Assembly: GCA_002269645.1 (NCBI GenBank)
Contig: NIVC01003782.1
Location: forward strand, 12,974 to 76,973
Source of the DNA: Macrostomum lignano
Lineage: Eukaryota
DNA length: 64,000 bases
Reading direction: 5' to 3'
Below the pieces are notes generated by a model that searched no databases, was not told the DNA's origin, and was given only the letters and a program-made list of their open reading frames with translations. Positions 48,201-58,860 of this stretch are shown here, piece after piece. The translations under genes were made by a program, and so were the position numbers. The first letter of the stretch is position 1. Each line of letters opens with the position of its first letter.

Positions 48201-51096
48201 ATCCTTGGTTTATTAATAGCAATAGTCCTTGGCTTATCGAGTGCAGTAATCCTTGGTTTATTAATAGCAATAATCCTTGGTTTATCGAGTGCAGTAATCC
48301 TTGGTTTATTAATAGCAATAATCCTTGGCTTATCGAGTGCAGTAATCCTTGGTTTATTAATAGCAATAATCCATGGCTTATGAGTGCAGTAATCCTTGGT
48401 TTATTAATAGCAATAATCCTTGGCTTATCGAGTGCAGTAATCCTTGGTTTAAAGCAATAATCCATGGCTTATCGAGTGCAGTAATCCTTGGTTTGCCAAG
48501 AGCAATAGTCCTTGGCTTATCGAGTGCAGTAATCCTTGGTTTGCCAAGAGCAATAGTCCTTGGTTTATTGAGTGCAGTAATCCTTGGTTTATTAATAGCA
48601 ATAGTCCTTGGTTTATTGAGTGCAGTAATCCTTGGTTTATTAATAGCAATAATCCTTGGTTATCGAGTGCAGTAATCCTTGGCTTATCGAGTGCAGTAAT
48701 CCTTGGTTTATTAATAGCAATAATCCTTGGCTTATCGAGTGCATTAATCCTTGGTTTATTAATAGCAATAATCCTTGGCTTATCGAGTGCAGTAATCCTT
48801 GGTTTATTAATAGCAATAATCCTTGGCTTATCGAGTGCAGTAATCCTTGGTTTAAGAGCAATAGTCCTTGGCTTTCGAGTGCAGTAATCCTTGGTTTATT
48901 AATAGCAATAGTCCTTGGTTTATTGAGTGCAGTAATGCTTGGTTTATTAATAGCAATAATCCTTGGCTTATCGATTGCAGTAATCCTTGGTTTAAGTGCA
49001 TAATCCTTGGTTATTAATAGCAATAATCCTTGGTTTATCGAGTGCAGTAATCCTTAGTTTATTAATAGCAATAATCCTTGGCTTATCGAGTGCAGTAATC
49101 CTTGTTTATTAATAGCAATAATCCATGGCTTATCGAGTGCAGTAATCCTTGGTTTATTAGCAATAGTCCTTGGCTTATCGAGTGCAGTAATCCTTGGTTT
49201 GCCAAGAGCAATAGTCCTTGGCTTATCGAGTGCAGTAATCCTTGGTTTATTAATAGCAATAGTCCTTGGTTATCGAGTGCAGTAATCCTTGGTTTATTAA
49301 TAGCAATAATCCTTGGTTTATCGAGTGCAGTAATCCTTGGTTTATTAATAGCAATAATCCTTGGCTTATCGAGTGCAGTAATCCTTGGTTTATTAATAGC
49401 AATAATCCATGGCTTATGAGTGCAGTAATCCTTGGTTTATTAATAGCAATAATCCTTGGCTTATGAGTGCAGTAATTCATGGTTTATTAATAGCAATAGT
49501 CCTTGGTTTATTGAGTGCAGTAATCCTTGGTTTATTAATAGCAATAATCCTTGGCTTATCGAGTGCAGTAATCCTTGGTTTAAGTGCATAATCCTTGGTT
49601 TATTAATGCAATAATCCTTGGCTTATCGAGTGCAGTAATCCTTGGTTTATTAATAGCAATAATCCTTGGTTTATCGAGTGCATTAATCCTTGGTTTATTA
49701 ATAGCAATAATCCTTGGCTTATCGAGTGCAGTAATCCTTGGTTTATTAATAGCAATAATCCTTGGCTTATCGAGTGCAGTAATCCTTGGTTTGCCAAGAG
49801 CAATAGTCCTTGGTTTCGAGTGCAGTAATCCTTGGTTTATTAATAGCAATAGTCCTTGGTTTATTGAGTGCAGTAATGCTTGGTTTATTAATAGCAATAA
49901 TCCTTGGCTTATCGATTGCAGTAATCTTGGTTTGCCAAGTGCATAATCCTTGGCTTTATTAATAGCAATAATCCTTGGTTTATCGAGTGCAGTAATCCTT
50001 AGTTTATTAATAGCAATAATCCTTGGCTTATCGAGTGCAGTAATCCTTGTTTATTAATAGCAATAATCCATGGCTTATCGAGTGCAGTAATCCTTGGTTT
50101 GCCAAGAGCAATAGTCCTTGGTTTATTGAGTGCAGTAATCCTTGGTTTATTAATAGCAATAGTCCTTGGCTTATCGAGTGCAGTAATCCTTGGTTTATTA
50201 ATAGCAATAATCCTTGGTTTATCGAGTGCAGTAATCCTTGGTTTATTAATAGCAATAATCCTTGGCTTATCGAGTGCAGTAATCCTTGGTTTATTAATAG
50301 CAATAATCCATGGCTTATGAGTGCAGTAATCCTTGGTTTATTAATAGCAATAATCCTTGGCTTATCGAGTGCAGTAATTCATGGTTTATTAATAGCAATA
50401 ATCCTTGGCTTATCGAGTGCAGTAATCCTTGGTTTATTAATAGCAATAATCCATGGCTTATCGAGTGCAGTAATCCTTGGTTTGCCAAGAGCAATAATCC
50501 TTGGCTTATCGAGTGCAGTATTCCTTGGTTTGCCAAGAGCAATAATCCTTAGCTTATCGAGTGCAGTATTCCTTGGTTTGCCAAGAGCAATAATCCTTAG
50601 CTTATCGAGTGCAGTATTCCTTGGTTTGCCAAGAGCAATAGTCCTTGGTTATTGAGTGCAGTAATCCTTGGTTTATTAATAGCAATAGTCCTTGGCTTAT
50701 CGAGTGCAGTAATCCTTGGTTTATTAATAGCAATAATCCTTGGTTTATCGAGTGCAGTAATCCTTGGTTTATTAATAGCAATAATCCTTGGCTTATCGAG
50801 TGCAGTAATCCTTGGTTTATTAATAGCAATAATCCATGGCTTATGAGTGCAGTAATCCTTGGTTTATTAATAGCAATAATCCTTGGCTTATCGAGTGCAG
50901 TAATTCATGGTTTATTAATAGCAATAATCCTTGGCTTATCGAGTGCAGTAATCCTTGGTTTATTAATAGCAATAATCCATGGCTTATCGAGTGCAGTAAT
51001 CCTTGGTTTGCCAAGAGCAATAATCCTTGGCTTATCGAGTGCAGTATTCCTTGGTTTGCCAAGAGCAATAATCCTTAGCTTATCGAGTGCAGTAAT
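45290..51096. repeat. 5.8-kb satellite of 24-bp monomers (48-bp dimer) with higher-order repeats, in Helitron B only
   Basis: Monomers ATCCTTGGTTTATTAATAGCAATA, ATCCTTGGCTTATCGAGTGCAGTA and ATCCTTGGTTTGCCAAGAGCAATA. Identical ORF translations at 46148/47105 (957-bp offset) and 50310/50836 (526-bp offset). Preceded by AGCAAGCATC short repeats (45055-45275). Confidence 0.97.
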
Positions 51097-51167
51097 CTAA
51101 GTGTTTTTATTTAGTCCTTTAATAAAAGCTTTTAATAAAAAATTTTACACTACTACTTTTAAACTAC

Positions 51168-51229
51168 TTAGATTCGAACCCAGGTCGCTGCATTAGCAGT
51201 CTGGTCTGCTCAGCTCTAGGCTAGCTCTC
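51168..51229 (-). promoter_or_regulatory. tRNA-derived Pol III A/B-box module; further copies at ~44952-45012, ~41180-41240 and ~40292-40347 (A box truncated)
   Basis: Minus strand GAGAGC-TAGCCTAGAG(C/G) (A box) ... CTGCTAA loop ... GGTTCGAAT (B box), with tRNA-like spacing but no full cloverleaf. Confidence 0.7.
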
Positions 51230-51952
51230 ATCGAAGTTATCAGTGAATTTGTACCACTTATATAATTAATTCAACACTCACACCAAGTCAGGTAGAGTAA
51301 AAAGTCACGCGAAGCAGTTATGACATAATCAATTTCTTAGGCAAGTCAGTACCAGTGTCTATGAAAGTTAACAATATGGTTACGTAATATAAATTCAGTA
51401 CTGCACTATACTTTCACCCTCAAAGCTGTGACGCAATTCAATTGAGTGTCAAATTCAGCCAGTACACAGACGATAAATAAAGTGTATTGTGATGCAATCT
51501 ATTTCAGAATCAGAATTCAACCAGTCAGATTTTTCTCTAGCATTCTTACAATGCATTTCAGGTCGAAAGAGCTGCTTGACCTTTGCAAAAAATCATGTTT
51601 TTCGAATATTTAATCCCTTTAACATTGAGCAATTTCTTAGCCAATATGCATGTACCGTCCCGGGAAAATTTCTGATCGAATGGTGCAAGTTTGAAGAAAA
51701 TCGGTTGAGCCGTTCGGGAGAAAATCAATTACAAGCAAGCAACCAAGCATTTCATTTTTAGTATATTAGACTATCCTTTTGTATCCGATTTCTTTTGTGT
51801 TTTCAATCCTTTCACTAAATACTGGTTAGAAAAAAAATAATGCTTGGTCAGTCCAAAAAGCGTGAGGTTGCCTACTAATAAGTAATATGACTAGAAAAAA
51901 TATACTAAAAATTCGAAATAGAACTGAAATAAAATATTTAGTTATTTTAACA

Positions 51953-52825
51953 TCACATTCTCTCAATGATCAACGTCAATACAAACTCTTCCCCATTAAA
52001 ATCAACGCCCATCCCATCTTCAGTCTCAAACTGTAGCACAATCTCGTGAATCTCCTTATTACTCAATACAACTCTTTTCACTGGATTTGGTTTCTCTACC
52101 ACCATCTGTCCTCCAGCAACAGAGTTGGAGATGTTGTACAAAATATTCGTTCGCTTTCCCTTAAATACCCAATCAAGACTGAGATTACTTCTGATTAGAA
52201 TATTCAAACCCTTTACAATGTCTGCAATATTGGGTGCTTAGAACAAACCGCGTACACTTTCCCGGGCCATGATAACAGCCCCCGTCGCTTGAGTGACAGT
52301 CCGCGCTGTGGATTCTGCCTTATAAACTTTCTTCTCGAATCCCAGTTCCCTATACCAAGTGTCATCTTTAAACTCAACCTCCGCATCTTTGTGAACTTGC
52401 ATGACCACTCTCATTACAGTGAGATCATAGGATAGTTTGACAGGGAACAGTTTCTTCTCTGGCTTACTCGCATCAGGTGTCTCAAAATGGCCTCTTTTAG
52501 TAAAGACGTTTTCTAGAAAGTAATTGTAGGTATCCACACTTTGCGTGCTCACAGGGAATACCACAGGTTCTGCTGCTGCACTTTTCCATTTGTAATAAAA
52601 CTTATTATTTGCTGCCGTCACATTGGGAACGTTTGACCAACCAGTGAAGTCGTTAAGATAGACATGGTAATTAGCACCTGGATCCAGGCGAATCGCCTGC
52701 TCTAATTTTTGAATAAATATCCCGTTTGAGTCATTAATTCGCCCAGTTATTGTAATAGGAATGCTCTCCTTGGAGTGCGAAATAATATTATTTAGTCTTT
52801 CAGCAATCGCTTCCATTTTTTTCAC
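51953..52825 (-). pseudogene. Minor capsid (penton) protein with one in-frame TAA at 52238-52240
   Basis: LEQAIRLDPGANYHVYLNDFTGWSNVPNVTAANNKFYY..LGF..Y..GLF*APNIADIVKGLNILIRSNL..EKPNP..ETEDGMGVDFNGEEFVLTLII. Both ORF-track pieces are in the same frame. Confidence 0.85.
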
Positions 52826-52837
52826 ATAAAAAAATAT

Positions 52838-54124
52838 TTAAACTTTACTGGATGAATTGTTGATCATGTTAAGCTTCACCTTCCTCTCAAATGCATAGAT
52901 AATGTACAAGTCCACAGGTGTTGCGACAGTCCTCTCAATGTTAGTCACGATATTCACAGGGCTGTTATCAGTAGGCATTTGTCTGGCAGACACATCAGCG
53001 CCAAACATTGGATATAGAGTTCCATATTGAAGAGCAGTGATAGCAATTCCATTGTTCTCTTTCACAGCCAAGTCGACTAACTCGCTGTAAAATTTGCTAA
53101 TCTTGTTCTGACTGAAATCTCCATTTTGTGGCAGTGCAGGGTAAAGATTATCACTGATTTCATGCTGAATGGACCGCACGTCACCATGCATGTAGCGTAT
53201 AATGCTATTTGGGTTTCTCATATTAATAATGATATACCTTGGATTGCTGCATGATCCCTCTTTAATGCAGATGTTTGTTCTAGTTTCGTTTCGCTCATCT
53301 CGACACATGTAGGCCGTGTATGCAACATCAATTTCCTTCTCTATTGCCTTAAGATAGTCTGCTTTTAGTGCAGTCTTTGGCTCAATGACTTCCAAATACA
53401 GCTCGATTCCGGTTAGCTTCACCTCCATCCTTGTGTTGTCCGCCCCAGTCCACAACACTCTACTGCGATCATCTCTAGTCATCTTAAAAGTGTAGCTAAA
53501 GTTACTAGTCAGTCGATTAAATGTACTACAAAATCCACTCATGAATCTCAGTGGTACAAATACATCAACAGACCGATACTGCGGGTTCTTAGCAGCATCA
53601 TCAGCACCTTGCAATGCATAGTTGTATCTCTTCTTCCTCTTTTTATAGCCACTGTCATTGATATCTCCTTCTTTTTCATCTGCAATAAAACCCGCACCAC
53701 TTCCCAACTGAATAAAATCAGGATTCTCGATCAAACAATGAGCGTCATAGACAATTCCAAAGTTGGCGATTCGCTCCAACTCAGTGCTCCCATTCGATAC
53801 ACTAAACTCCTTGAACATGTACGCCCAAAAGTTACTGATCAGAGCCACATCCGCATCATGCTTGTCAACGTTAGCACGAGCCGCATCCGCACCACCCTTT
53901 GTCTTGAATTGAAATGTCATATGGAATCCGCTCTTAAGACTGTGCACACTAACCAAAGACGAACATCCATTGTATGTAAATGTCAGTGTTTGACCAGGAC
54001 CAAGATTAGTTTCATTCTGGTTCTCGTGACTCGGAACTCTAACTTGTGTCGCTTTGATTGTGCTATCATCACTCAAAATAGGCTTGTTAATTTTGTAGAA
54101 AACTGGTGTCAGTGGGTCGTTCAT
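52838..54124 (-). CDS. Major capsid protein (double jelly-roll, Polinton type), 428 aa, intact
   Basis: Size, position next to mCP, and pattern DDSTI..G..LTF..ALISNF..MFKEFSV.NG..LE..G..VPLRFMSGF..NPRYIII..Y..MFGADVS..YIIYAFER. Confidence 0.85.
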   Translation of the reverse strand: MNDPLTPVFYKINKPILSDDSTIKATQVRVPSHENQNETNLGPGQTLTFTYNGCSSLVSVHSLKSGFHMTFQFKTKGGADAARANVDKHDADVALISNFWAYMFKEFSVSNGSTELERIANFGIVYDAHCLIENPDFIQLGSGAGFIADEKEGDINDSGYKKRKKRYNYALQGADDAAKNPQYRSVDVFVPLRFMSGFCSTFNRLTSNFSYTFKMTRDDRSRVLWTGADNTRMEVKLTGIELYLEVIEPKTALKADYLKAIEKEIDVAYTAYMCRDERNETRTNICIKEGSCSNPRYIIINMRNPNSIIRYMHGDVRSIQHEISDNLYPALPQNGDFSQNKISKFYSELVDLAVKENNGIAITALQYGTLYPMFGADVSARQMPTDNSPVNIVTNIERTVATPVDLYIIYAFERKVKLNMINNSSSKV

Positions 54125-54154
54125 TCTTTAACTAAAAATAAAATAAAATAAGAA

Positions 54155-55306
54155 ATGAAGCGAAAAAGTACACAGCAGATATCTGAATTGGAGAAGCTAG
54201 CACAAGCAGAGAAACGAGTTACCGGACTAATCAACAAATAACAACAATCTTACAATGAATTCGTCCAAGCAGCCACCGAATTTCACAAACCCGGATACAC
54301 AGAAGCGAAGAAAAACATCGACACTGTGAAGGAAACAATTGATGATATTCAAGAGAGCCAGTTGCAAAACACATTGGGTAAAATCCCATCTTCACCGGAA
54401 CAACCACAGGCTCAGCAACCAGGACAACCAGTGCAGATGAATGTGACGGATAACTTTTTTGGCCCCGTAATGGTTGATGGAAAATATATTTTTGGAATTA
54501 GCGCCTGGCGAAAAGAAATTACCAAGGAACCGGTGGATTACAACATTGAAGTGACGAAGCAAACTATTTCAATCAATAAAGGCGCAGAAACTAAAAGAAT
54601 CCCCTACACTAAAACTTTACTTGATTACATGACTAAAAATCTAGAGAAAACGTCTGAAAAGCAGCTAAAAAATTACAAAGATCTTGTTACCTTCGCTTTA
54701 GAGAGGGACATAGACATTCTCAAGAACAACGGTGTTTTGAAAGTTTTACATGAAAACAGGATTGACTTGAACAGGTTTAGAAAATACAAATACTTTAAAC
54801 AATGGTTTGGTTTGCCAGATCAGTTGGAAGTCATAAAATATCTAGAACAACAACAGCAGCAACCACAACAACAGCAGCAACCACAGCAACCACCACCTCC
54901 ACAGCAACAAATCACACCCGAAAAAGTACTAGAAGCGCTTGAAAAAGCAGGGCCAAATGAGATTTCCCAGTACAGAAACCAGCGCCCAGATGAATGGCGA
55001 CAATTAGAGCGGCTCTCCCCAGAACGAATGAAGCGAATCAATGACAGAGTATTCACACCTCAACAAAGACAAGCGCCACATGACAGTTCCTCCTCTGACC
55101 AATCATTCGAATCACCTCCAAGCTCTTCCGGAAAAGGCATGCCTGAATTCTACAAGCGAGTAGCGGTTCTTCTAGGAGCAGCAAAGACCGGAATGAAAGA
55201 TGAGAATAGAAAAGAGTTTGTTCACATCCTAGACAAAATGCTTGAGAGAAAATACATCGATAAAAGAGCAAGAGAACTTTTGCTTTCACGGTTCAACAAA
55301 AAATAA
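54155..55306 (+). pseudogene. Polinton accessory protein with polyQ/P insert; in-frame TAA at 54239-54241
   Basis: ATG at 54155 is in frame with ORF 54326..55306. The C-terminal SGKG..FYKRVAVLLGAAKTG...EF..ILDKM resembles the conserved C-terminus of Polinton core-associated ORFs. Confidence 0.6.
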
Positions 55307-55322
55307 ATTTCTATTTAAAAGG

Positions 55323-55714
55323 ATGCTAATTATTTTCGAAAAAGACATTGACAAATACTATGACAAAGAGGAACTTAATCTTATTAAACGCGGATCTGGA
55401 CTTTTCCCTGCAGGCCACTATCCACAAGAAAAGAGCGCTCCGGGAATGGCCTTGCCGATTTGATCGCTCAGGGGGCTAAGATTTTTAAGGTCATTGGAGA
55501 GAACAAAGAGAACATCAAGAACGCTGCCGAAGCGGCTGGCAGTGTAGCCACAGCAGCCAAAAAGATAAAGGATACTGTAACACCTAAACAAGAGATTCAG
55601 CCTCCACTGGCCCCGCTGGCTCCATTGGCCCCAAATCCAGACAGTGTGGACCCTGCAGTCTATGAGAAGATGAGGGCTAGCATTAAAAAAGGAAGTGGTT
55701 TCAAATTTGACTAA
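55323..55714 (+). pseudogene. Small virion core/membrane-lytic-type protein, 1-nt frameshift at ~55460
   Basis: MLIIFEK..KRGSGLF..ALPI(L)IAQGAKIFKVIGENKENIKNAAEAAGSVATAAKKI..KKGSGFKFD; one extra T in ATTTG restores a single ORF. Confidence 0.55.
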
Positions 55715-55737
55715 AGGGTACTTCCGAGGGTACAAGA

Positions 55738-55929
55738 CTAGTCCCGAAATGACACATCTAAGTCCCAAAATGACACATCTAAGTCCCGAAATGACACATC
55801 TAAGTCCCAAAATGACACATCTAAGTCCCGAAATGACACATCTAAGTCCCGAAATGACACAATTAAGTACCAAAATGACACATCTAAGTCCCAAAATGAC
55901 ACATCTAAGTCCCGAAATGACACATCTAA
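55738..55929. repeat. 21-bp tandem repeat (~9 copies) upstream of the ATPase gene
   Basis: CTAAGTCCC(G/A)AAATGACACAT units. Confidence 0.95.
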
Positions 55930-55966
55930 ATTATTTATTATTTAAATTTTTTTTATCATAGAAAAA

Positions 55967-56767
55967 ATGGACTTTTCAAACGACTTCAATCCTCACTGGA
56001 CGCGTAATCAGATTAAGTTTTCTCATCACGAGTCAATTCCGAGTCACTTCAGATGCATTGTTGTTGGTTCATCAGGTTCAGGTAAAACATTCAGAGTCTT
56101 TAACATGCTTCTTAGACCTGGCTTTATCGACTATGACACTCTGCACATTTACTCTCCCACACTGTATCAAGATGAGTATAAAATGTTGATTTCTGGATTG
56201 CAAAACAAACTGCACAAAGAGGACATTATTGCATGTTTTAATAACCAAATGAGCCTTCCCAGTAACCCTGAAATTGTAGCTGCTGAATATGCAAAGCACC
56301 TCAAAGACAATGAAAAATGGCAGAACATTAAAGTGTTCACCTATGGAGATCCACAGGCTGATCCAAAGACCAAACTTCTACCCCAACCAGATGAGCTAGA
56401 AAAGGGGAGAAAGCATTTGATCGTCTTTGATGATTGTATGACAGGCCCACAGAAGCAGATAGAAAACTATTTTACAAGAGGGCGACATAACAATTGCAAT
56501 GTAATTTACATTGCACAGAATTGGTTCCAGCTCCCGAACAAAACAATTCGTGGGAACTGCAATCTGATTCTCCTGTTTCCAACCATTCCACAGGACAGGC
56601 TAAAAAGATTTTACAATGAGGTCATTGCGCCTGCCTATTTCATAAATCCAACAAAAAACTCAAGCAGAAAGATTTCACAAGAGGAATTCGTTAATCTTTG
56701 CTATGACAAGTGGAATCAGCCTTACCAGTTTGTGATTATCAGCAAAGAAAAAAGAACTGTAATTTAA
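55967..56767 (+). CDS. A32/FtsK-like genome-packaging ATPase, 266 aa, intact
   Basis: Walker A GSSGSGKT, Walker B LIVFDDCM, and FTRGRHNNCNVIYIAQ (A32 arginine finger and Q motif). Confidence 0.96.
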   Translation: MDFSNDFNPHWTRNQIKFSHHESIPSHFRCIVVGSSGSGKTFRVFNMLLRPGFIDYDTLHIYSPTLYQDEYKMLISGLQNKLHKEDIIACFNNQMSLPSNPEIVAAEYAKHLKDNEKWQNIKVFTYGDPQADPKTKLLPQPDELEKGRKHLIVFDDCMTGPQKQIENYFTRGRHNNCNVIYIAQNWFQLPNKTIRGNCNLILLFPTIPQDRLKRFYNEVIAPAYFINPTKNSSRKISQEEFVNLCYDKWNQPYQFVIISKEKRTVI

Positions 56768-56783
56768 AATTTGCTATTAAAAG

Positions 56784-57587
56784 ATGTCGATAAACTTTGC
56801 AGGTGAATCCATTTCTGGCAACAGCGCTCTTACATCAGCTCAGATATCCATCCTTGACAGGCGATATATCAACAGCGACGAAAAGATCCCAGAGATCAAA
56901 CTGAATAAAAACAGACTGAAAGCCCTAGAGCGCTCCATGCACCAGTTGCAAATAAACATGGAAGATCTCAGGCTTAAAGTAGCTAGGCAGAAGTTTGAAA
57001 GTGATAAGCTTTATGCGCCGTTGTTAAACGCAACTAATGAACTAAGGTCAGAAATAACTTCGATAGTCTCGCTAATCAACGGCTTGAGATCATCAGTTAA
57101 TCTTCTGGGAAATTCCACTGATAGACGGATGCGTATTCTCGAAGGAGGAGTTTTCACAAACACAGCTAAAGTAAATAATTTAGAAGAGTTCATGAACCAG
57201 TCAACAGCGTTGCATGATAGAATTAAAGAAAACGTCGCAACCAACACAGTTAAAGTCAATAATTTAGAAGAGTTCATGAACCAGTCAACATCGTTGCATG
57301 ATAGAATTAAAGAAAGACTTGATGCAATTAAAGTCTATTTAGATTTAATTTTTACCGAATGGCAGAAATCGTTGAGAAGAATCAGTCGTCTTGAGGGAGT
57401 ACACAAACTTCCTGATATTGATACTGTTGAAGAGGCACCACAGACCACAAGGGAAATAAGTGATCCAACCGACTTGACCACTGACCACAAATTTCGTGAG
57501 CCAACCAGTTTGACCACTAACCCAAAATTTCGTGAGCCAACCGGTTTGTTTGAGATCAAGTGTAGAATGGAGCGCATAGACAAATAA
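56784..57587 (+). CDS. Orphan coiled-coil protein with internal repeats, 267 aa
   Basis: Open frame tightly packed after the ATPase; NT.KVNNLEEFMNQST.LHDRIKE twice and PT.LTT..KFRE repeats. Confidence 0.7.
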   Translation: MSINFAGESISGNSALTSAQISILDRRYINSDEKIPEIKLNKNRLKALERSMHQLQINMEDLRLKVARQKFESDKLYAPLLNATNELRSEITSIVSLINGLRSSVNLLGNSTDRRMRILEGGVFTNTAKVNNLEEFMNQSTALHDRIKENVATNTVKVNNLEEFMNQSTSLHDRIKERLDAIKVYLDLIFTEWQKSLRRISRLEGVHKLPDIDTVEEAPQTTREISDPTDLTTDHKFREPTSLTTNPKFREPTGLFEIKCRMERIDK

Positions 57588-57700
57588 ATAGGTAGATTCG
57601 AAGAGACCTGCTGGCGCCAACTGCAGACGAAACAATTAAACGTAAAACAAATCTAACCACCACCAACGAGTTGTCAATTTTTTTTAAAAATTCTCTAAAA

Positions 57701-58369
57701 ATGGATGCTCAAAATTCTCTTTATGATCCGAATGCTCCCACAGCACCCACAGCACCTAGTGCACCCCAATATGAGCAACAAAAACTCTACCCCGTCATTA
57801 CTTGTAACTCTCAACAGTTTCGATTGGTGGAGATTCAAAAAATGCGCGATGATCTTGAAAAAAATATTTTCCACAACACAAAGAAAATTAAGCGCTATGA
57901 CAACCACTGTAAATTTTTCGACTACAGCAATATGATTCTAGGAACTGTGTCTGTTCTAACTGGGTCTGCTGCAGCTGTCTCAGTGTTGCCAGCCATCACA
58001 GCCCCAATCGCAATTCCACTTGGTTCAGTAGGTGCTGCATGTGGACTTATTTCAGCAATTACTGGAGCATTAGCGCGAAACAGGCGAAAAAAACTAAAGC
58101 AGCTACAGGAGAAGCAAGTAAAAGAGAAAGGGGTGCACACTTCAATCATAGGGTACATTTCAAGAGCAATAGACGATAAGTTCATTTCAGAGGATGAGTT
58201 CAAAACCATTCAGGATCTTTATGAACAATCAATTCGAATGAATTTGAACATGGTCGGTACTGATGACATGAGTCAGCTGAAAAATGAACTCGAGAAAGTT
58301 TTTCAACATTATGCGGAAAGAAAGTCGGCAAGAAATTCGGTAAGAAGGACGACGAGAAATGCACAATGA
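57701..58369 (+). CDS. Conserved Polinton/adintovirus membrane protein (two hydrophobic helices)
   Basis: LYP..FRL.EI..MRDDLE..KRY..hydrophobic hairpin..ISRAIDDKFISEDEF matches the widespread Polinton TM ORF pattern. Confidence 0.75.
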   Translation: MDAQNSLYDPNAPTAPTAPSAPQYEQQKLYPVITCNSQQFRLVEIQKMRDDLEKNIFHNTKKIKRYDNHCKFFDYSNMILGTVSVLTGSAAAVSVLPAITAPIAIPLGSVGAACGLISAITGALARNRRKKLKQLQEKQVKEKGVHTSIIGYISRAIDDKFISEDEFKTIQDLYEQSIRMNLNMVGTDDMSQLKNELEKVFQHYAERKSARNSVRRTTRNAQ

Positions 58370-58774
58370 ACCCCTATGAAACACAGCCAAGAATAATTTC
58401 CTTGTAGGTCTTTCGTGTTTGGTCATTGCATACAAAACAGTCATGCACAGCTCACCGCAAATATCACTGCTAAGACCTTGGAGAATAAAGTCTGAGCGAT
58501 AAATTTTTTTATTATTTTTCCCCTTCATATAATTTCTTAGCTCTTCTGGTACTGCCATCCCATAGCTATCGAAGTAATAACACTTGTGCTTGCGATCGGG
58601 ATCAATCACCCAGCAAACCCAATGAGATCCTGGCTTATCGGTGGTGTCAAAGTTCATGATGCCGCATTCCTTTCTTAGAGGAAAATCAGGCAGAGTGTCC
58701 CTCATAAATATTCCTCTAAAGTTTGGGATTTCCAGTTCGTTAGCCAAATCTTCGAGAAAGTTATTTGTTGTCAT
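58229..58774 (-). CDS. Adenain-type cysteine (maturation) protease
   Basis: FRGIFMRDTLP, NFD..KPGSHWV (His), YFDSYG (Asp), LQ...SDICGELC (Gln/Cys). Confidence 0.93.
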   Translation of the reverse strand: MTTNNFLEDLANELEIPNFRGIFMRDTLPDFPLRKECGIMNFDTTDKPGSHWVCWVIDPDRKHKCYYFDSYGMAVPEELRNYMKGKNNKKIYRSDFILQGLSSDICGELCMTVLYAMTKHERPTRKLFLAVFHRGSLCISRRPSYRISCRLSFRIMLKNFLEFIFQLTHVISTDHVQIHSN

Positions 58775-58860
58775 TTTTTTATGTCATTTTTTATGAGGTT
58801 TATTAAACTTTATCTTAAACCTAAACCCAATCTCAACCTCCTAAACCCAACCTCCACCTC

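Larger units (their letters stand above)
41764..51770 (-). mobile_element. Non-autonomous Helitron B, ~10.0 kb, joined head-to-tail with A
   Basis: Minus strand: 5' TCTAATATACTAAAA, then (CTTG)n. 3' end GCTCCCC-GAA-GGGGGGC hairpin, 10 nt, CTAG, abutting A's TC (junction CTAG|TC at 41764/41763). 41225-41763 aligns with 51215-51770 and 37600-38630 with 42225-43260. Confidence 0.85.

Noticed and set aside
45294-51100. Dozens of ORFs (INQGLLHS / IECSNPWF / AVILGLL repeats)
   Set aside because: Frames of a 24/48-bp satellite that happen to lack stops.
53609-54151. 180-aa plus-strand ORF
   Set aside because: Antisense shadow of the major capsid gene.
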